A stretch of DNA of 64,000 nt from SAR202 cluster bacterium bin87 (GCA_002238825.1 MPNC01000017.1:4324-68323), one strand, 5' to 3'; shown: positions 18,795 through 28,167, counted from the first letter of the stretch. Notes: a model not told the origin generated them from the letters alone. Numbers and translations: made by a program.

Positions 18795-18997
18795 CGGTAT
18801 TCCCTCCTGTCCAGTCCCGCCTGGTCGAGGATGCTGTACCACGTTCGGATATCCAGTTCCTTACCGGGGTTCCCTGCGATTGTCACCCGACCCGGCTTTT
18901 CGGGGTGCCTGTATTGGCGATGGCTGCCTTTAGTCCTCACCCGGAACCAGCCGTCCTGTTCAACCATGCGGATCGCTTCACGTACTCTGGGAGGCAT
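18791..18997 (-). CDS. hicA: HicA-family mRNA interferase toxin
   Basis: 68 aa, with GWFRVRTKGSHRQYRHPEKPGRVTIAGNPGKEL. Confidence 0.8.
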   Translation of the reverse strand: MPPRVREAIRMVEQDGWFRVRTKGSHRQYRHPEKPGRVTIAGNPGKELDIRTWYSILDQAGLDRREYR

Positions 18998-19039
18998 ACG
19001 GCGGTTCCGTGATGGCCAACTCGACTTCGGCGACCGTGG

Positions 19040-19297
19040 TCATTTCCTTTTCTCCCCTTGCGCCAGGAGTCCCATCAGCTTGCGGTTGCGCTCCAAGCTG
19101 TGCCGGAAATGCGCGACCGCGTCGGGCTGCACATCATTGCTGCTCTTGCATTCGACATAAAGACGGATTGCGTCTTCCAGCACCGCCCCAAAATCCTGTC
19201 CTTCAGCGCGGGCTATCTCCCTTATTGAGGCCAGCAACTCAGGTGGTGCCTGCCCGGAGAATGGTTCTTTCGCGGTAACCATCCGGTTCTCTCCCAA
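19040..19297 (-). CDS. small RHH/antitoxin-like protein
   Basis: 85-aa ORF between hsdR and hicA (LLASIREIARAEGQDFGAVLEDAIRLYVE). The assignment is tentative. Confidence 0.45.
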   Translation of the reverse strand: MGENRMVTAKEPFSGQAPPELLASIREIARAEGQDFGAVLEDAIRLYVECKSSNDVQPDAVAHFRHSLERNRKLMGLLAQGEKRK

Positions 19298-19351
19298 ATT
19301 ATCGTGATGCCATTCTGCGGGTGACCGCGTTGGCGGGTCAAGGCTGACTGG

Positions 19352-22123
19352 CTACGTCACCAGCTCCAGGTTCAGCTCCTCTATGATGGCCTGCAAATCG
19401 TCGCCGAACAAGTCGTAGGCTGCAATCAAACCGCCCCGTTGGTCTAACGGCGAGTTCTGAAGGTCTCGCATCTCCGCGCTCACGTTGCCGGCGATGCGGT
19501 CGCGGATGGCCTCCAGCCACCACCGTTGCTCGTCGGTGAACTCCCGCCCCGCGGTTTCCTGCATGGCCAGCCAGCCTTCGAACCGTTGGTTCACATGGTC
19601 AGCGAACGGGGCCAGCTCGTCGGCCTCGCCGGTGGCATAGCGCACCAGCGCGACGATGTCCGCCAGTTGCCGTTGACCGGAGCCACGCACCTTGGACTCG
19701 TCGAGTCGCTGGTACGCCTGCCACAGCCGCTCGGTGGTCCACGACCGGGGCGGCGCCTGCATGGCATCGGCCAGCGCGCGGATGTCGTCCAGGTGCAGCC
19801 GTTGCCGGTAGGGCCGCTCGTACAGCACCTGCAACGCAGTGATCTCATCCCGGTTCTCCTCGATGAACCAGCGGAAGGACTGAATCTCGATCTGGGCGGC
19901 ATCCTCGGTGAAGCCGGCTTCCAGAACCACGTCCTTGCTCACGGTATCAATGGTCTGCTCGTGAGACTGGTGGATCGTCTCCAACCGCTGGCGCAGTTTA
20001 GGATTGGATGCGAAGGGTGCTGCGGCGTCTTCCCGCAGTTTCTTCTCCGCATCGTCGATCGCCTCGGACGGCGGTTCGTCCAGGCCGGTAGCCTCCTTCG
20101 CTGCTTCCAGCGCGGCATCGGGATCGGTGGCCCGCACCAGGTTGGCGATGAGGGTTTGCAGGGAGACGCCTTCAGCTGCAGTTTCTATGGCTTCGCGTTC
20201 CGCTGGCGATATCTTGCGTGAAAGGCGCGCCAAACGGCTGGCCAGCGATGACAGATGGTCGGGCTCGCGGCTGCCCTTGGCGATGAGGTCCAAGAGTTGC
20301 CCGAAGGTCTTCGTGGGTTCGCGCTCCAGCGAGTAGGAGTCCGACAGCTCCGACTCCGTAACGCCCACCGCGTCAATGATGACGAAACGGTCTTTGTTGG
20401 GCGCGTCGGGCGTGACTGCGTTGAAATCGGTGGGCGAGATCACGCGCACGCCGCGACCCTTCATCTGCTCGAAGAAGTTGCGACTCTGCACGTTGCGCAT
20501 GAAAAACACGACCTCAACGGGCTTGATATCGGTGCCAGTGGCGATCATGTCCACCGTCACCACGATGCGCGGGTGGTAGCTGTTGCGAAACGTCGCAATC
20601 AGGCTCTCCGGATTCACCCCGGTTGTGCGGTACGTGATCTTCTGGCAGAACTCGTTGCCCTTGCCGAACTCCGTTCGCACGATGTCCACGATGTCGTCGG
20701 CGTGGCTGTCGTCCTTGGCGAAGATGATGGTCTTGGGCACCTCGGTACGACCGGGGAATATCTCGGTGAACAGCTTGTCTCGGAACGTGCGGATGACGGT
20801 GCGGATCTGGTCCTCCGCCACCACGTCTCGATCAAGCTGGTTGGGTCTGTAGGTCAGATCCTCGTCCAACTCTTCGGCCCATCGCGCCTTCTTGGCCTGG
20901 CGGTTGCGGCGGTCTATATGCTGACCCGCCTCAACGCTCGATCCCTCCTCAGTGATCTGCGTGCGGATGCGGTAGATATCCGAATCGACGTTTACGCCGT
21001 CGGCCACGGCTTCCTCGTGCGTGTACTCCATCACCAGGTTCTGCTGGAAGAACCCAAATGTCAGCGCGGAAGGGGTCGCGGTGAGGCCGATGAGGAAGGC
21101 GTCGAAGTACTCCAGTACCTGCCGCCAAAGGTTGTAGATGGAGCGGTGGCACTCGTCGGTGATGATGAAGTCAAAAGTGTCGATTGAGATGTCGGGGTTG
21201 TACTCCACGGTGCCCGGCTGTGAGTTGACCTGGGCGAAGTCGAAGCCGGACAGTTCCTCCTTCTCCGGTTCGAGATCTTCTCCCCGTAGCATGGAATACA
21301 CCCGCTGGATGGTCGAAATGCACACCCGACTCACTGGGTCGATGCGTGCCGAGTCCATCAGCTGGACGTTGTACAACTCGGTGAACTTCCGGTTTTCCTC
21401 AGGCGTGCTGAACCCCTGGAACTCCCGCAGGGTCTGGCGGCCCAGGTTGTTGCGGTCCACCAGGAACAGCACACGCTTGGCTCCCGCGTGCTTGATGAGC
21501 CGGTACACCAGGTTGCAGGCGGTGAAGGTCTTACCGCTGCCGGTGGCCATCTGAATCAGAGCGCGCGGCCGGCCTTCGGCCAGCGACTGCTCCAGATTGA
21601 GGATGGCGCGTTCCTGCACCGGCCACAGAGCCGACGCGTCCAAGACCGGCATGGTTCGCAAGCTCCGGCGCAGGTTGGATTGGGTCGACGATGTCGTTCC
21701 TGAACCGACCCACCGCATCAGTGTGTCCGGCGTGTGGAAAGCGAACACGTTGCGACTGCGGGGTTCCGGGTCCAGCAGGTTGGTGAACCGTGTCTCCACC
21801 CCGGTGGTCTCGTAGATGAAAGGTAGCGGTTTACAGTGTGCGGGCAGGATGTCCGGTAACCCGTCGCTGTACTTGTGCGATTGGGTCTCCACACCGGTGA
21901 GGGTGTAGCCGGCCGGCTTGGCCTCGACCACGCCGGCCGCCTTGCCATCAACGTACAGTAAGTAATCGGCAGTACCGTGGCCCGGTTTCAGTCCAAACTC
22001 GCGCACCGCAACGCCGCTAGGGGCGGACAGGTTGACCGAGCCGGCGTCCTGCACCGCCCATCCCGCCTGCTCCAGGAGGTTGTCAATTTGGATGCGGGCC
22101 TTCTGCTCCAGTGTCATACTCAC
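19352..22123 (-). CDS. hsdR: type I restriction enzyme R subunit
   Basis: 923-aa ORF. It has an N-terminal nuclease-like region and the helicase motifs MATGSGKTFTA, TDECHRS and LIGLTATP. Confidence 0.9.
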   Translation of the reverse strand: MSMTLEQKARIQIDNLLEQAGWAVQDAGSVNLSAPSGVAVREFGLKPGHGTADYLLYVDGKAAGVVEAKPAGYTLTGVETQSHKYSDGLPDILPAHCKPLPFIYETTGVETRFTNLLDPEPRSRNVFAFHTPDTLMRWVGSGTTSSTQSNLRRSLRTMPVLDASALWPVQERAILNLEQSLAEGRPRALIQMATGSGKTFTACNLVYRLIKHAGAKRVLFLVDRNNLGRQTLREFQGFSTPEENRKFTELYNVQLMDSARIDPVSRVCISTIQRVYSMLRGEDLEPEKEELSGFDFAQVNSQPGTVEYNPDISIDTFDFIITDECHRSIYNLWRQVLEYFDAFLIGLTATPSALTFGFFQQNLVMEYTHEEAVADGVNVDSDIYRIRTQITEEGSSVEAGQHIDRRNRQAKKARWAEELDEDLTYRPNQLDRDVVAEDQIRTVIRTFRDKLFTEIFPGRTEVPKTIIFAKDDSHADDIVDIVRTEFGKGNEFCQKITYRTTGVNPESLIATFRNSYHPRIVVTVDMIATGTDIKPVEVVFFMRNVQSRNFFEQMKGRGVRVISPTDFNAVTPDAPNKDRFVIIDAVGVTESELSDSYSLEREPTKTFGQLLDLIAKGSREPDHLSSLASRLARLSRKISPAEREAIETAAEGVSLQTLIANLVRATDPDAALEAAKEATGLDEPPSEAIDDAEKKLREDAAAPFASNPKLRQRLETIHQSHEQTIDTVSKDVVLEAGFTEDAAQIEIQSFRWFIEENRDEITALQVLYERPYRQRLHLDDIRALADAMQAPPRSWTTERLWQAYQRLDESKVRGSGQRQLADIVALVRYATGEADELAPFADHVNQRFEGWLAMQETAGREFTDEQRWWLEAIRDRIAGNVSAEMRDLQNSPLDQRGGLIAAYDLFGDDLQAIIEELNLELVT

Positions 22124-22279
22124 TCAGTCGACGGTAAACCCAATCTATAAGATCGCATTGCCACCATCGTAGCCAATCGCCGGGCAGCAGTCCACCGCCG
22201 TGCCAGTCGAGGCCATCGGGACCCCGCGTTGCCTCATCGAGGCATGTTACCGAGACTTTAGCGCCTGGGGAGCAAAGCC

Positions 22280-23062
22280 TCAGCGGGAAAACTCACCGTC
22301 GAATCGCGGCGATCCGTCCAGCGCCCCTCCGGCGTCTTCACCGCCAAACTCCAGCAGATCCACAGCCTGCTCGTATCGCTCTTCTTCATACCCGTCCGGG
22401 TCAATCGCCTGGTACATGCGGTCAATGGCCTCGTGGGGAAGTCCGGCAGCGCGGGCCTCTCCCAGCAGGATGCTCACAGTAGTGTCGTCTGTCGACGGCG
22501 GAGTTACGCCCAACGCTTCCGCTTCATGACCCATGGCCGCCGCCAGCCTGGCCAGCTTCACCGAGTCCAGCCCCTGCCGCCGTGCCGTCGTGATGATCGC
22601 CCGCGCCTGCCTCAGCGTGGCGAATTCGGTGTCGAAGTCCGAGTTCCGCAACAGGTGTTCCGATACGTCCGGTTCATCCCGCGCCACCGCCGCCAGAACG
22701 TCCAGCATGGCGCCATGGCGTAGGTCCTGCTCTTGCAGCGCCGACACGAACTCGCTGAAGCGATCTATCGCCACGTCGTGTAGACCGGCGTCGGCCAGGT
22801 CTGACATCACCAGGGCATACGGCAGCAGGAGGTCCGACCATGCCTCCTCTTCCGGACCCATTGCCAACAGCGCGCCAATCACCCGGTCAACCTGCTGCTC
22901 AGCGGCCGCCGCCGGGAACCCCATCGGGTAGGTGTCCAGTATCGACTGGACCACTTTGGCCTCGCGGTAGTAGTAGACGATGTACAGTCCGCCCTCGGCG
23001 TGCGGCGGGTTGGGGTCCCACTCGTCGAAGCGTCCGCTGTGGAAGTCAGCCGGTCCAACCAC
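22280..23062 (-). CDS. hypothetical protein
   Basis: 260-aa ORF with a GTG start. It is acidic and helical-looking, and I recognise no family. Confidence 0.5.
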   Translation of the reverse strand: MVGPADFHSGRFDEWDPNPPHAEGGLYIVYYYREAKVVQSILDTYPMGFPAAAAEQQVDRVIGALLAMGPEEEAWSDLLLPYALVMSDLADAGLHDVAIDRFSEFVSALQEQDLRHGAMLDVLAAVARDEPDVSEHLLRNSDFDTEFATLRQARAIITTARRQGLDSVKLARLAAAMGHEAEALGVTPPSTDDTTVSILLGEARAAGLPHEAIDRMYQAIDPDGYEEERYEQAVDLLEFGGEDAGGALDGSPRFDGEFSR

Positions 23063-23781
23063 CAGGCGGCCGCGCGTTCGGTCACCGCGGGCAGTCCCTG
23101 CATGGCGGGCCGGATTTCCATCGGCAGGTCCTGGTTGAATTCGCGCAAATCCGCAGCCACCGTTTCCGCCAGCAGCGCCCCGCGGGCGTCGGTCAGCCCG
23201 TCGTCCAGGTCGGGAATAGCGGTGTCCTCAAGACGTTCCCGGCTTTCCTCGGCCTCTGTCGCCAGTTGGACCAGCACCACCAGGTAGGCTTCGCCCATGA
23301 GGTCCCCTTGCGGAAGCTCGGCCCGCTGGCGGCGGAACAGTCTCACCACCTGGAGGCTGGTGATGCACGCGAAGCGGGCAGCGTACCAGGGCTCGGCATC
23401 ATGGTCCGCAACCTCCGGCGCCGGTCGCTGCCGGAGCCGCGCCGCAGCGTCATTCAAACGCCCCATCAAACTGATGCGCCGCTCCGTCTCCGCTGCTGAC
23501 ATGGGCGTCTCCTCGCCCTGGTCCTGCTGACCCACTGCCCTTCCGACCATCGCGCCGGAGAGTTCGCTTTCCTTCTCCAGCATCAGGCCGGTCAACGCCA
23601 GCAGAGCCCCATCGGCTTCCGGCGAGTCGTGATGTCTGCCGCTTTCCACGGTATCCAGCCCAGCGCTGACCTGCTCCATGGTCGCTTCGCGGAAAGCCGT
23701 GCGCCACGCCCGTCGGTGAGGCGAGCGCTCGCGGTCAATCTCGCACCGCTCACAATCGCAGTAGGCCGGGTTGGCATTCAT
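22879..23781 (-). CDS. hypothetical protein with a Cys-rich N-terminus; the 3' ~180 nt overlap the next ORF and look out of frame
   Basis: 300-aa ORF (MNANPAYCDCERCEID...). After ...ERAAAWW the sequence turns into R/T/S-rich low-complexity text. At that same point the 22280-23062 frame opens. Confidence 0.45.
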   Translation of the reverse strand: MNANPAYCDCERCEIDRERSPHRRAWRTAFREATMEQVSAGLDTVESGRHHDSPEADGALLALTGLMLEKESELSGAMVGRAVGQQDQGEETPMSAAETERRISLMGRLNDAAARLRQRPAPEVADHDAEPWYAARFACITSLQVVRLFRRQRAELPQGDLMGEAYLVVLVQLATEAEESRERLEDTAIPDLDDGLTDARGALLAETVAADLREFNQDLPMEIRPAMQGLPAVTERAAAWWLDRLTSTADASTSGTPTRRTPRADCTSSTTTARPKWSSRYWTPTRWGSRRRPLSSRLTG

Positions 23782-24192
23782 GGACTCGCCTCCAGTTTGA
23801 TGGGCCCGGTTGGGACGGCGTTGTGGGAAACCGGATTACCCCGGCATAATGGCCGCACGCCGCGCGGGCCAGCTATATTTCGCATCAATCCGTCCGCAGG
23901 GCGAACAGTAGTGAGGCAGCCAACGGGTGAGCATACGTGCCCAATTCTACCTTGGCAGACTTCATTAGCAACTCTGCCATTCGAACGGCGAGTTTCGACG
24001 GCGCAATGGCGCCGGTAGCGGTTCATGCAATCTTTTGTCGCCAGCCCGACTAGGAATGGACCCTGCTCTGGCACGGCGTGGAATTCCAGCAACTCGGTTC
24101 CGTTTGAAATTGGGTGGTCATTGGTTTACTATCGCCCGCAGCTTTGATACCGGGGATTTTTGGCGCGGTAGTGCGACGAACGGCAGGCGATC

Positions 24193-24885
24193 GTGCCTTA
24201 CACGCACTTTCACAACTGGTCAATTCACACTCACCATCGCCGGCCTAAAGGCGGCAATCACGATCGCGCCATCCGCCGGAGGCAAAGACCTTGGCGCATT
24301 GGTTTCGTGGTGATCATTGTTGCGGCGATGCTCGGCGGTGCGGGTTGGCTCATACGATGGGAGCACGAAAACAACACCATCCAGTCGGCCGCAACCGATG
24401 CGCTGGAGGCCCAATCAGCCCGGCAGCAAGCGCAGCGTGAAACGCGAGTTGCTGAAGATGCTACACGACAAGAGCAGCACGAGCGGAAGGTGGTTGAGCT
24501 CATCAATGATGAACGCGCTCAACGTGGGATAGGGACGTTGACTTGGGATGCTCGGCTACAAGCCATCGCCCGGGCGCACAGCAGGGACATGGCGGATAAC
24601 GACTATTTCTCCCATACCAACAAAGCGGGTCAGAGCCATCGCGAACGCGCACTGGATGCGGGCTATCAATGCCGCAACCGGGTTTGGGGCGGAGTAGCGG
24701 AAAATATCTATTTCGGCACTACCGGGTATCGGAGCCCGCAGTCTGCCGTCACCAGTTGGCTGGGGAGTCCAGGACACCGCAGAGCGATGCTGGATGGAAC
24801 ATTCCAAAAGGCCGCCATCGGTATCCACGACGGATATTTGAGCGGATACGGGGACGGGTATTACACAACCTTAATGCTGTGCTGA
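24193..24885 (+). CDS. CAP/SCP (YkwD-like) domain protein with an N-terminal TM anchor
   Basis: It has the TM segment IGFVVIIVAAMLGGAGWLI, then LINDERAQRGIGTLTWDARL...AHSRDMADNDYFSH...GENI...WLGSPGHRRAML. Confidence 0.75.
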   Translation: MPYTHFHNWSIHTHHRRPKGGNHDRAIRRRQRPWRIGFVVIIVAAMLGGAGWLIRWEHENNTIQSAATDALEAQSARQQAQRETRVAEDATRQEQHERKVVELINDERAQRGIGTLTWDARLQAIARAHSRDMADNDYFSHTNKAGQSHRERALDAGYQCRNRVWGGVAENIYFGTTGYRSPQSAVTSWLGSPGHRRAMLDGTFQKAAIGIHDGYLSGYGDGYYTTLMLC

Positions 24886-24942
24886 GCCGCCGTATTATCG
24901 GCTGCACCGGTGCGTTCAGTGGACGTTAGCGGGGGGTGATCG

Positions 24943-25161
24943 ATGCCTCAGAAAAAACGTCGAGATACCCTGCCGGACCGGGCGGTGATACGGCTGCTTG
25001 TGTCCAGCAACCCAAAGCGGCGCCGTGGCGCCGCTTACGGACGGTTCGAACGATATCGGGATGGCATGACGGTGGGAGAATACCGGGAAACCGTCGGATA
25101 CAAAAAGGCCAACGCTGATCTGTGGTATGACCAGGATCATGGTTTTATCCGCGTCGTCTAA
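24943..25161 (+). CDS. small basic hypothetical protein
   Basis: 72-aa ORF. I recognise no motif. Confidence 0.35.
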   Translation: MPQKKRRDTLPDRAVIRLLVSSNPKRRRGAAYGRFERYRDGMTVGEYRETVGYKKANADLWYDQDHGFIRVV

Positions 25162-25304
25162 TTACATTGCTTGGTGCCAAAGGACCGTCCGTCAATTGCT
25201 CGGGTCCGCTGGAAGGTGTTTTCCCCAATGTCGGATCAATGCCGTGGTTTAGAGCCCCCGCAAAGTATGGAGCCCGCTAAGCACATGTAATCTGAGGAGA
25301 ACCC

Positions 25305-25787
25305 ATGAATTCGATAATCCAGGGCACTGTCGCTGGTTTAATCGCCGCTTTGGCAGCTACTGCGATTTTGGGCATTGCTAGTTTCGGTCATAATTGGTGG
25401 GCTAAGCACCAAGATGTGAAATATCTTCGCAGCCTATTGTCGGATGGACAGCAGCGAGTGATGGCAGCTGAAGACACGTTCCACAGCGGCATGAACGCAA
25501 CGATGCCTGCTGACGTCCTCCGCGCCGCACAATACAACTATATGATGAAGGAAGTCGGTCTCGCATTGGAAAGATGGACCGTTCATTTGTCTCATAACCA
25601 GAAGAAGGATATATACGACGCCTTGGACTGGTATAACCAATCTGGTTTGCACGCCGTGAAAAGGAACGGACAGGTGCAATTCATAGACCTCCCCGACGGG
25701 AGGTGGCCTACCACCGCCATGTCAGCGGAAGAGGCCAAGAGACGGTTTGAGAACCTGCGAGCCATCAAGTGGTTGAAGTTGCGGTAA
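25305..25787 (+). CDS. hypothetical membrane-anchored protein
   Basis: 160-aa ORF preceded by GAGGAGAA. It has an N-terminal hydrophobic helix and lies in a lower-GC patch. Confidence 0.5.
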   Translation: MNSIIQGTVAGLIAALAATAILGIASFGHNWWAKHQDVKYLRSLLSDGQQRVMAAEDTFHSGMNATMPADVLRAAQYNYMMKEVGLALERWTVHLSHNQKKDIYDALDWYNQSGLHAVKRNGQVQFIDLPDGRWPTTAMSAEEAKRRFENLRAIKWLKLR

Positions 25788-26072
25788 AGCCGCCGGCCTC
25801 GAGCATCGGCGGCATCCTGCCCGTCGCGTACGCCTCCTCAACCTGAGGCGCCAACCACTGTCCCACCGTTCCGCCGTCTGGCACCACGATGTTGGCCAGG
25901 AACTCGCTCTCCAACGTCGTGAGGCCGGACTCCACCGCCTCCAACTTGGCCCGGATGATCAGGAGCAACGCCCGCCAGCGCTGCCTGCAAGCCTGCTCCC
26001 ACGCCGACTGCTGAGCGACGGCCGTCCGCCTGGCCTTCCGCAGGGTGAGGGCGAAGTCGTCGATCGGCGGGA
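25765..26072 (-). pseudogene. 3' fragment of a paralogue of the 53925-54428 gene, truncated by the Tn3-type IR
   Basis: The minus-strand translation is IPPIDDF...QACRQRWRALLLIIRAKLEAVESGLTTLESEFLANIVVPDGGTVGQW. It aligns with LPDPGDF...QACRQRWRALLLVIKAKLEAVTAGISTVETEFLANIVLPDNTTAGEW. The homology stops at the IR. Confidence 0.75.
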
Positions 26073-26073
26073 T

Positions 26074-26110
26074 CGGGTCGATTCCGGTATGGGCAGGATC
26101 GTACGCTAGG
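26074..26110 (+). repeat. Tn3-family terminal inverted repeat (left)
   Basis: cGGGTCGATTCCGGTATGGGCAGGATCGTACGCTAGG. Confidence 0.8.
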
Positions 26111-26685
26111 GGGAGTGATGCCGGTTGAGTGTGCGATAGACGGTTGGTCTTGAGACGGAGAAGAGCTCGGCGAGGTCGCTGATGGAATACTCGCCGATGG
26201 CGTGCATGCGGCAGAGTTCCCGCTGCCGTCGATCGGACAACTTGGGCTGCTTGCCGCGCAACTTCCCCCGAGCGCGCGGGCGATGGCCATGCCCTCGCGG
26301 GTGCGCATGCGGATGAGATCGGCCTCGAACTCGGCGAAGGCGGCGAGGATATTGAAGAACATCTTTCCCATGGGATCGTCCGGGTCGTAGAGCGCCCGGC
26401 CCAGGGCCAGTTTCACGCCGCGTTCCCGCAGCCGGTCGGCGATGGCGCGCGCATCCGGGACAGACCTGGCCAGGCGGTCGAGTTTGGGCACGATCAGGGT
26501 GTCGCCGGAGCGCACGGCGGCGAGGGCCTGGTCGAGGCCGGGTCGGGCGCGGTTCTGCCGGTGAGGCCGTGATCAGTGTAGATGCGATCCTCGGCGACGC
26601 CGAGTTCCAGGAGGGCCTGGCGCTGGGCAGCCAGATCCTGCCGGTCGGTGGAACAGCGGGCGTATCCGATGAGGGTTGCGGTCAT
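26106..26685 (-). pseudogene. serine recombinase (resolvase) with at least two frameshifts
   Basis: Frame 1 reads MTATLIGYARCSTDRQDLAAQRQALLELGVAEDRIYTDHGLTG. Frame 2 reads NRARPGLDQALAAVRSGDTLIVPKLDRLARSVPDAR...FAEFEADLIRMRTREGMAIARA. Frame 3 reads RGKLRGKQPKLSDRRQRELCRMHAIGEYSISDLAELFSVSRPTVYRTLNRHHSP*. Confidence 0.85.
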
Positions 26686-26880
26686 GGGGGAAGTACACGA
26701 ATAGGGTCCCGCATCCGCAATAATTACCGTACTATTCATATGAGACGCTCCTGGTGCCGGTCTGGCGGAGGTCGGAGCGACGGTCTGGGCCGTACGCTGG
26801 ACGTTCCCCTTACGGACAGCGCCGCGCATGGCGGGATGAACGAATAACGGAGCGCAACTGGTGGCCGGACATCCTGCGGG

Positions 26881-27345
26881 TTGCTGCCACCCCTGACCAG
26901 CGGCGCCCAGCCTCCCAGCCAGCTGCTGCGAAAGTTCGCGGCCTATCCGCGCCAGCACGAACTGGCCGTCACTCTCCGCGAAATCGGACGGGTCGAACGC
27001 ACCCTCTTCATCGTCGACTGGATGCTCGACGCCGATATGCAGCGTCGAGCCAACACCGGCCTGAACAAGGGCGAGGCTCATCACGCGCTCAAGAACGCCC
27101 TCCACATCGCGCGCCAGGGCGAAATCCGCGACCGCTCCAGCGAGGGCCAGCATTACCGCATGCCCGGGCTCAACCTGCTCGCCGCCATCGTCGTTTACTG
27201 GAACACCGCCCACCTCGGCGGAGCGGTTGGACAGCGGAAACACGCCGGGCCGACCGTCGAGCCCGAGCTCCTGGCCCACATCTCACCCCTGGGATGGGCC
27301 CGCATCCTGCTGACCGGCGAATACCGGTGGCCAAAGCGCCGATAG
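26881..27345 (+). pseudogene. C-terminal stub of a Tn3-family transposase
   Basis: YPRQHELAVTLREIGRVERTLFIVDWMLDADMQRRANTGLNKGEAHHALKNALHIARQGEIRDRS...LNLLAAIVVYWNT...ISPLGWARILLTGEYRW matches the conserved TnpA C-terminus. About 850 upstream codons are missing. Confidence 0.8.
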
Positions 27346-27349
27346 CGAC

Positions 27350-27387
27350 CTTAGCGTACGATTCTGCCCCCTACCGGAATCGACCCC
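27350..27387 (-). repeat. Tn3-family terminal inverted repeat (right)
   Basis: The reverse complement reads GGGGTCGATTCCGGTAGGGGGCAGAATCGTACGCTAAG. Confidence 0.85.
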
Positions 27388-27629
27388 TTCCTGCGGTAGT
27401 TGAGCACCCTGAGCCCCAGCGGGAGTAGAGCTGGTTACCTCCGACGCTCACTAGGGGCTGAAAATGCCATCGCCGCGGTGTTCGCTGGGGCCAACTAGCA
27501 GCGCTGCCGCACCCACCTCATGATCAAACTCTGCTCGCGTTGGGGGGACGGTCGGCACCACCGGTCGCTCAGCGTCAGTAGTTCGCAGATTTCTACCGAA
27601 AGTCTGACAACAGATGACATTTCTCCCGC

Positions 27630-27920
27630 TTATAGACCCCAAGCATCTTTGAGGATGAGGTACTCTTGTTGATAGCCATGCGTCCGCAGATGTTCCAAGT
27701 AAACCTCTCGTGGGGGTATGTTACTGTAGTATGGGACCGAGCCCCTGGAAAGCCCTCCGCCAGTTCCCCTGGAAAGCCCTCCGCCAGTTCCCCTGGAAAG
27801 CCCTCCGCCAGTTCCCCTGGAAAGCCCTCCGCCAGTTCCCCTGGAAAGCCCCCCGCCAGGGCTCTTGTTCAGTCCCCCACCAGTTCCCGTGGAACTATTC
27901 CGTGACCATCCTTTTGACAT
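27630..27920 (-). CDS. small protein with GGGLSRGT tandem repeats
   Basis: 96-aa ORF. It has five 8-residue Gly-rich repeats followed by VPYYSNIPPREVYLEHLRTHGYQQEYLILKDAWGL. Confidence 0.45.
   Translation of the reverse strand: MSKGWSRNSSTGTGGGLNKSPGGGLSRGTGGGLSRGTGGGLSRGTGGGLSRGTGGGLSRGSVPYYSNIPPREVYLEHLRTHGYQQEYLILKDAWGL
27742..27861. repeat. 5 x 24-bp tandem repeat (4 perfect, 1 degenerate)
   Basis: CCCCTGGAAAGCCCTCCGCCAGTT at 27742, 27766, 27790 and 27814, with a degenerate copy at 27838. Confidence 0.9.
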
Positions 27921-28167
27921 AATTCCGCATTACCTCCTAGCTGAGTGCCGCTCCGCGAATCATACTACGGCAATCAAGCCGAATCGGGCGACCATTTACA
28001 TTGCCAGTCATCGCACACAGGACACCCGCCCACGGCAATCCCGACCTTCTTCGATTTGCACAACGCTCGTTACGTGAAGTAGTTTGTTGGGGACTGCAAC
28101 CGCCAGCGCGACTCCGTTTTCCGCCGCCCTCTATAAGACAACGTCGAATTTAGGCGTGGTATATGCT

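Larger units (their letters stand above)
26074..27387. mobile_element. decayed Tn3-family transposon remnant (IR, resolvase pseudogene, tnpA 3' stub, IR)
   Basis: It is bounded by inverted copies of a GGGGTCGATTCCGGTA(G)GGGGCAG(A/G)ATCGTACGCTA(A/G)G-type 38-bp repeat, which has the Tn3-family GGGG...ACGCTAAG ends. Confidence 0.8.

Noticed and set aside
19526-21187. Plus-strand ORFs 19526-20221 and 20255-21187
   Set aside because: They are antisense shadows inside hsdR.
27451-27642. 63-codon ORF as an N-terminal remnant of Cap3 (JAB/MPN)
   Set aside because: ...AEFDHEVGAAALLVG... faintly resembles the E..G.L.G start of MPN domains. However, no H-x-H...D metal site follows, the ORF ends before the Tn3 IR, and the resemblance is too short to support a call.
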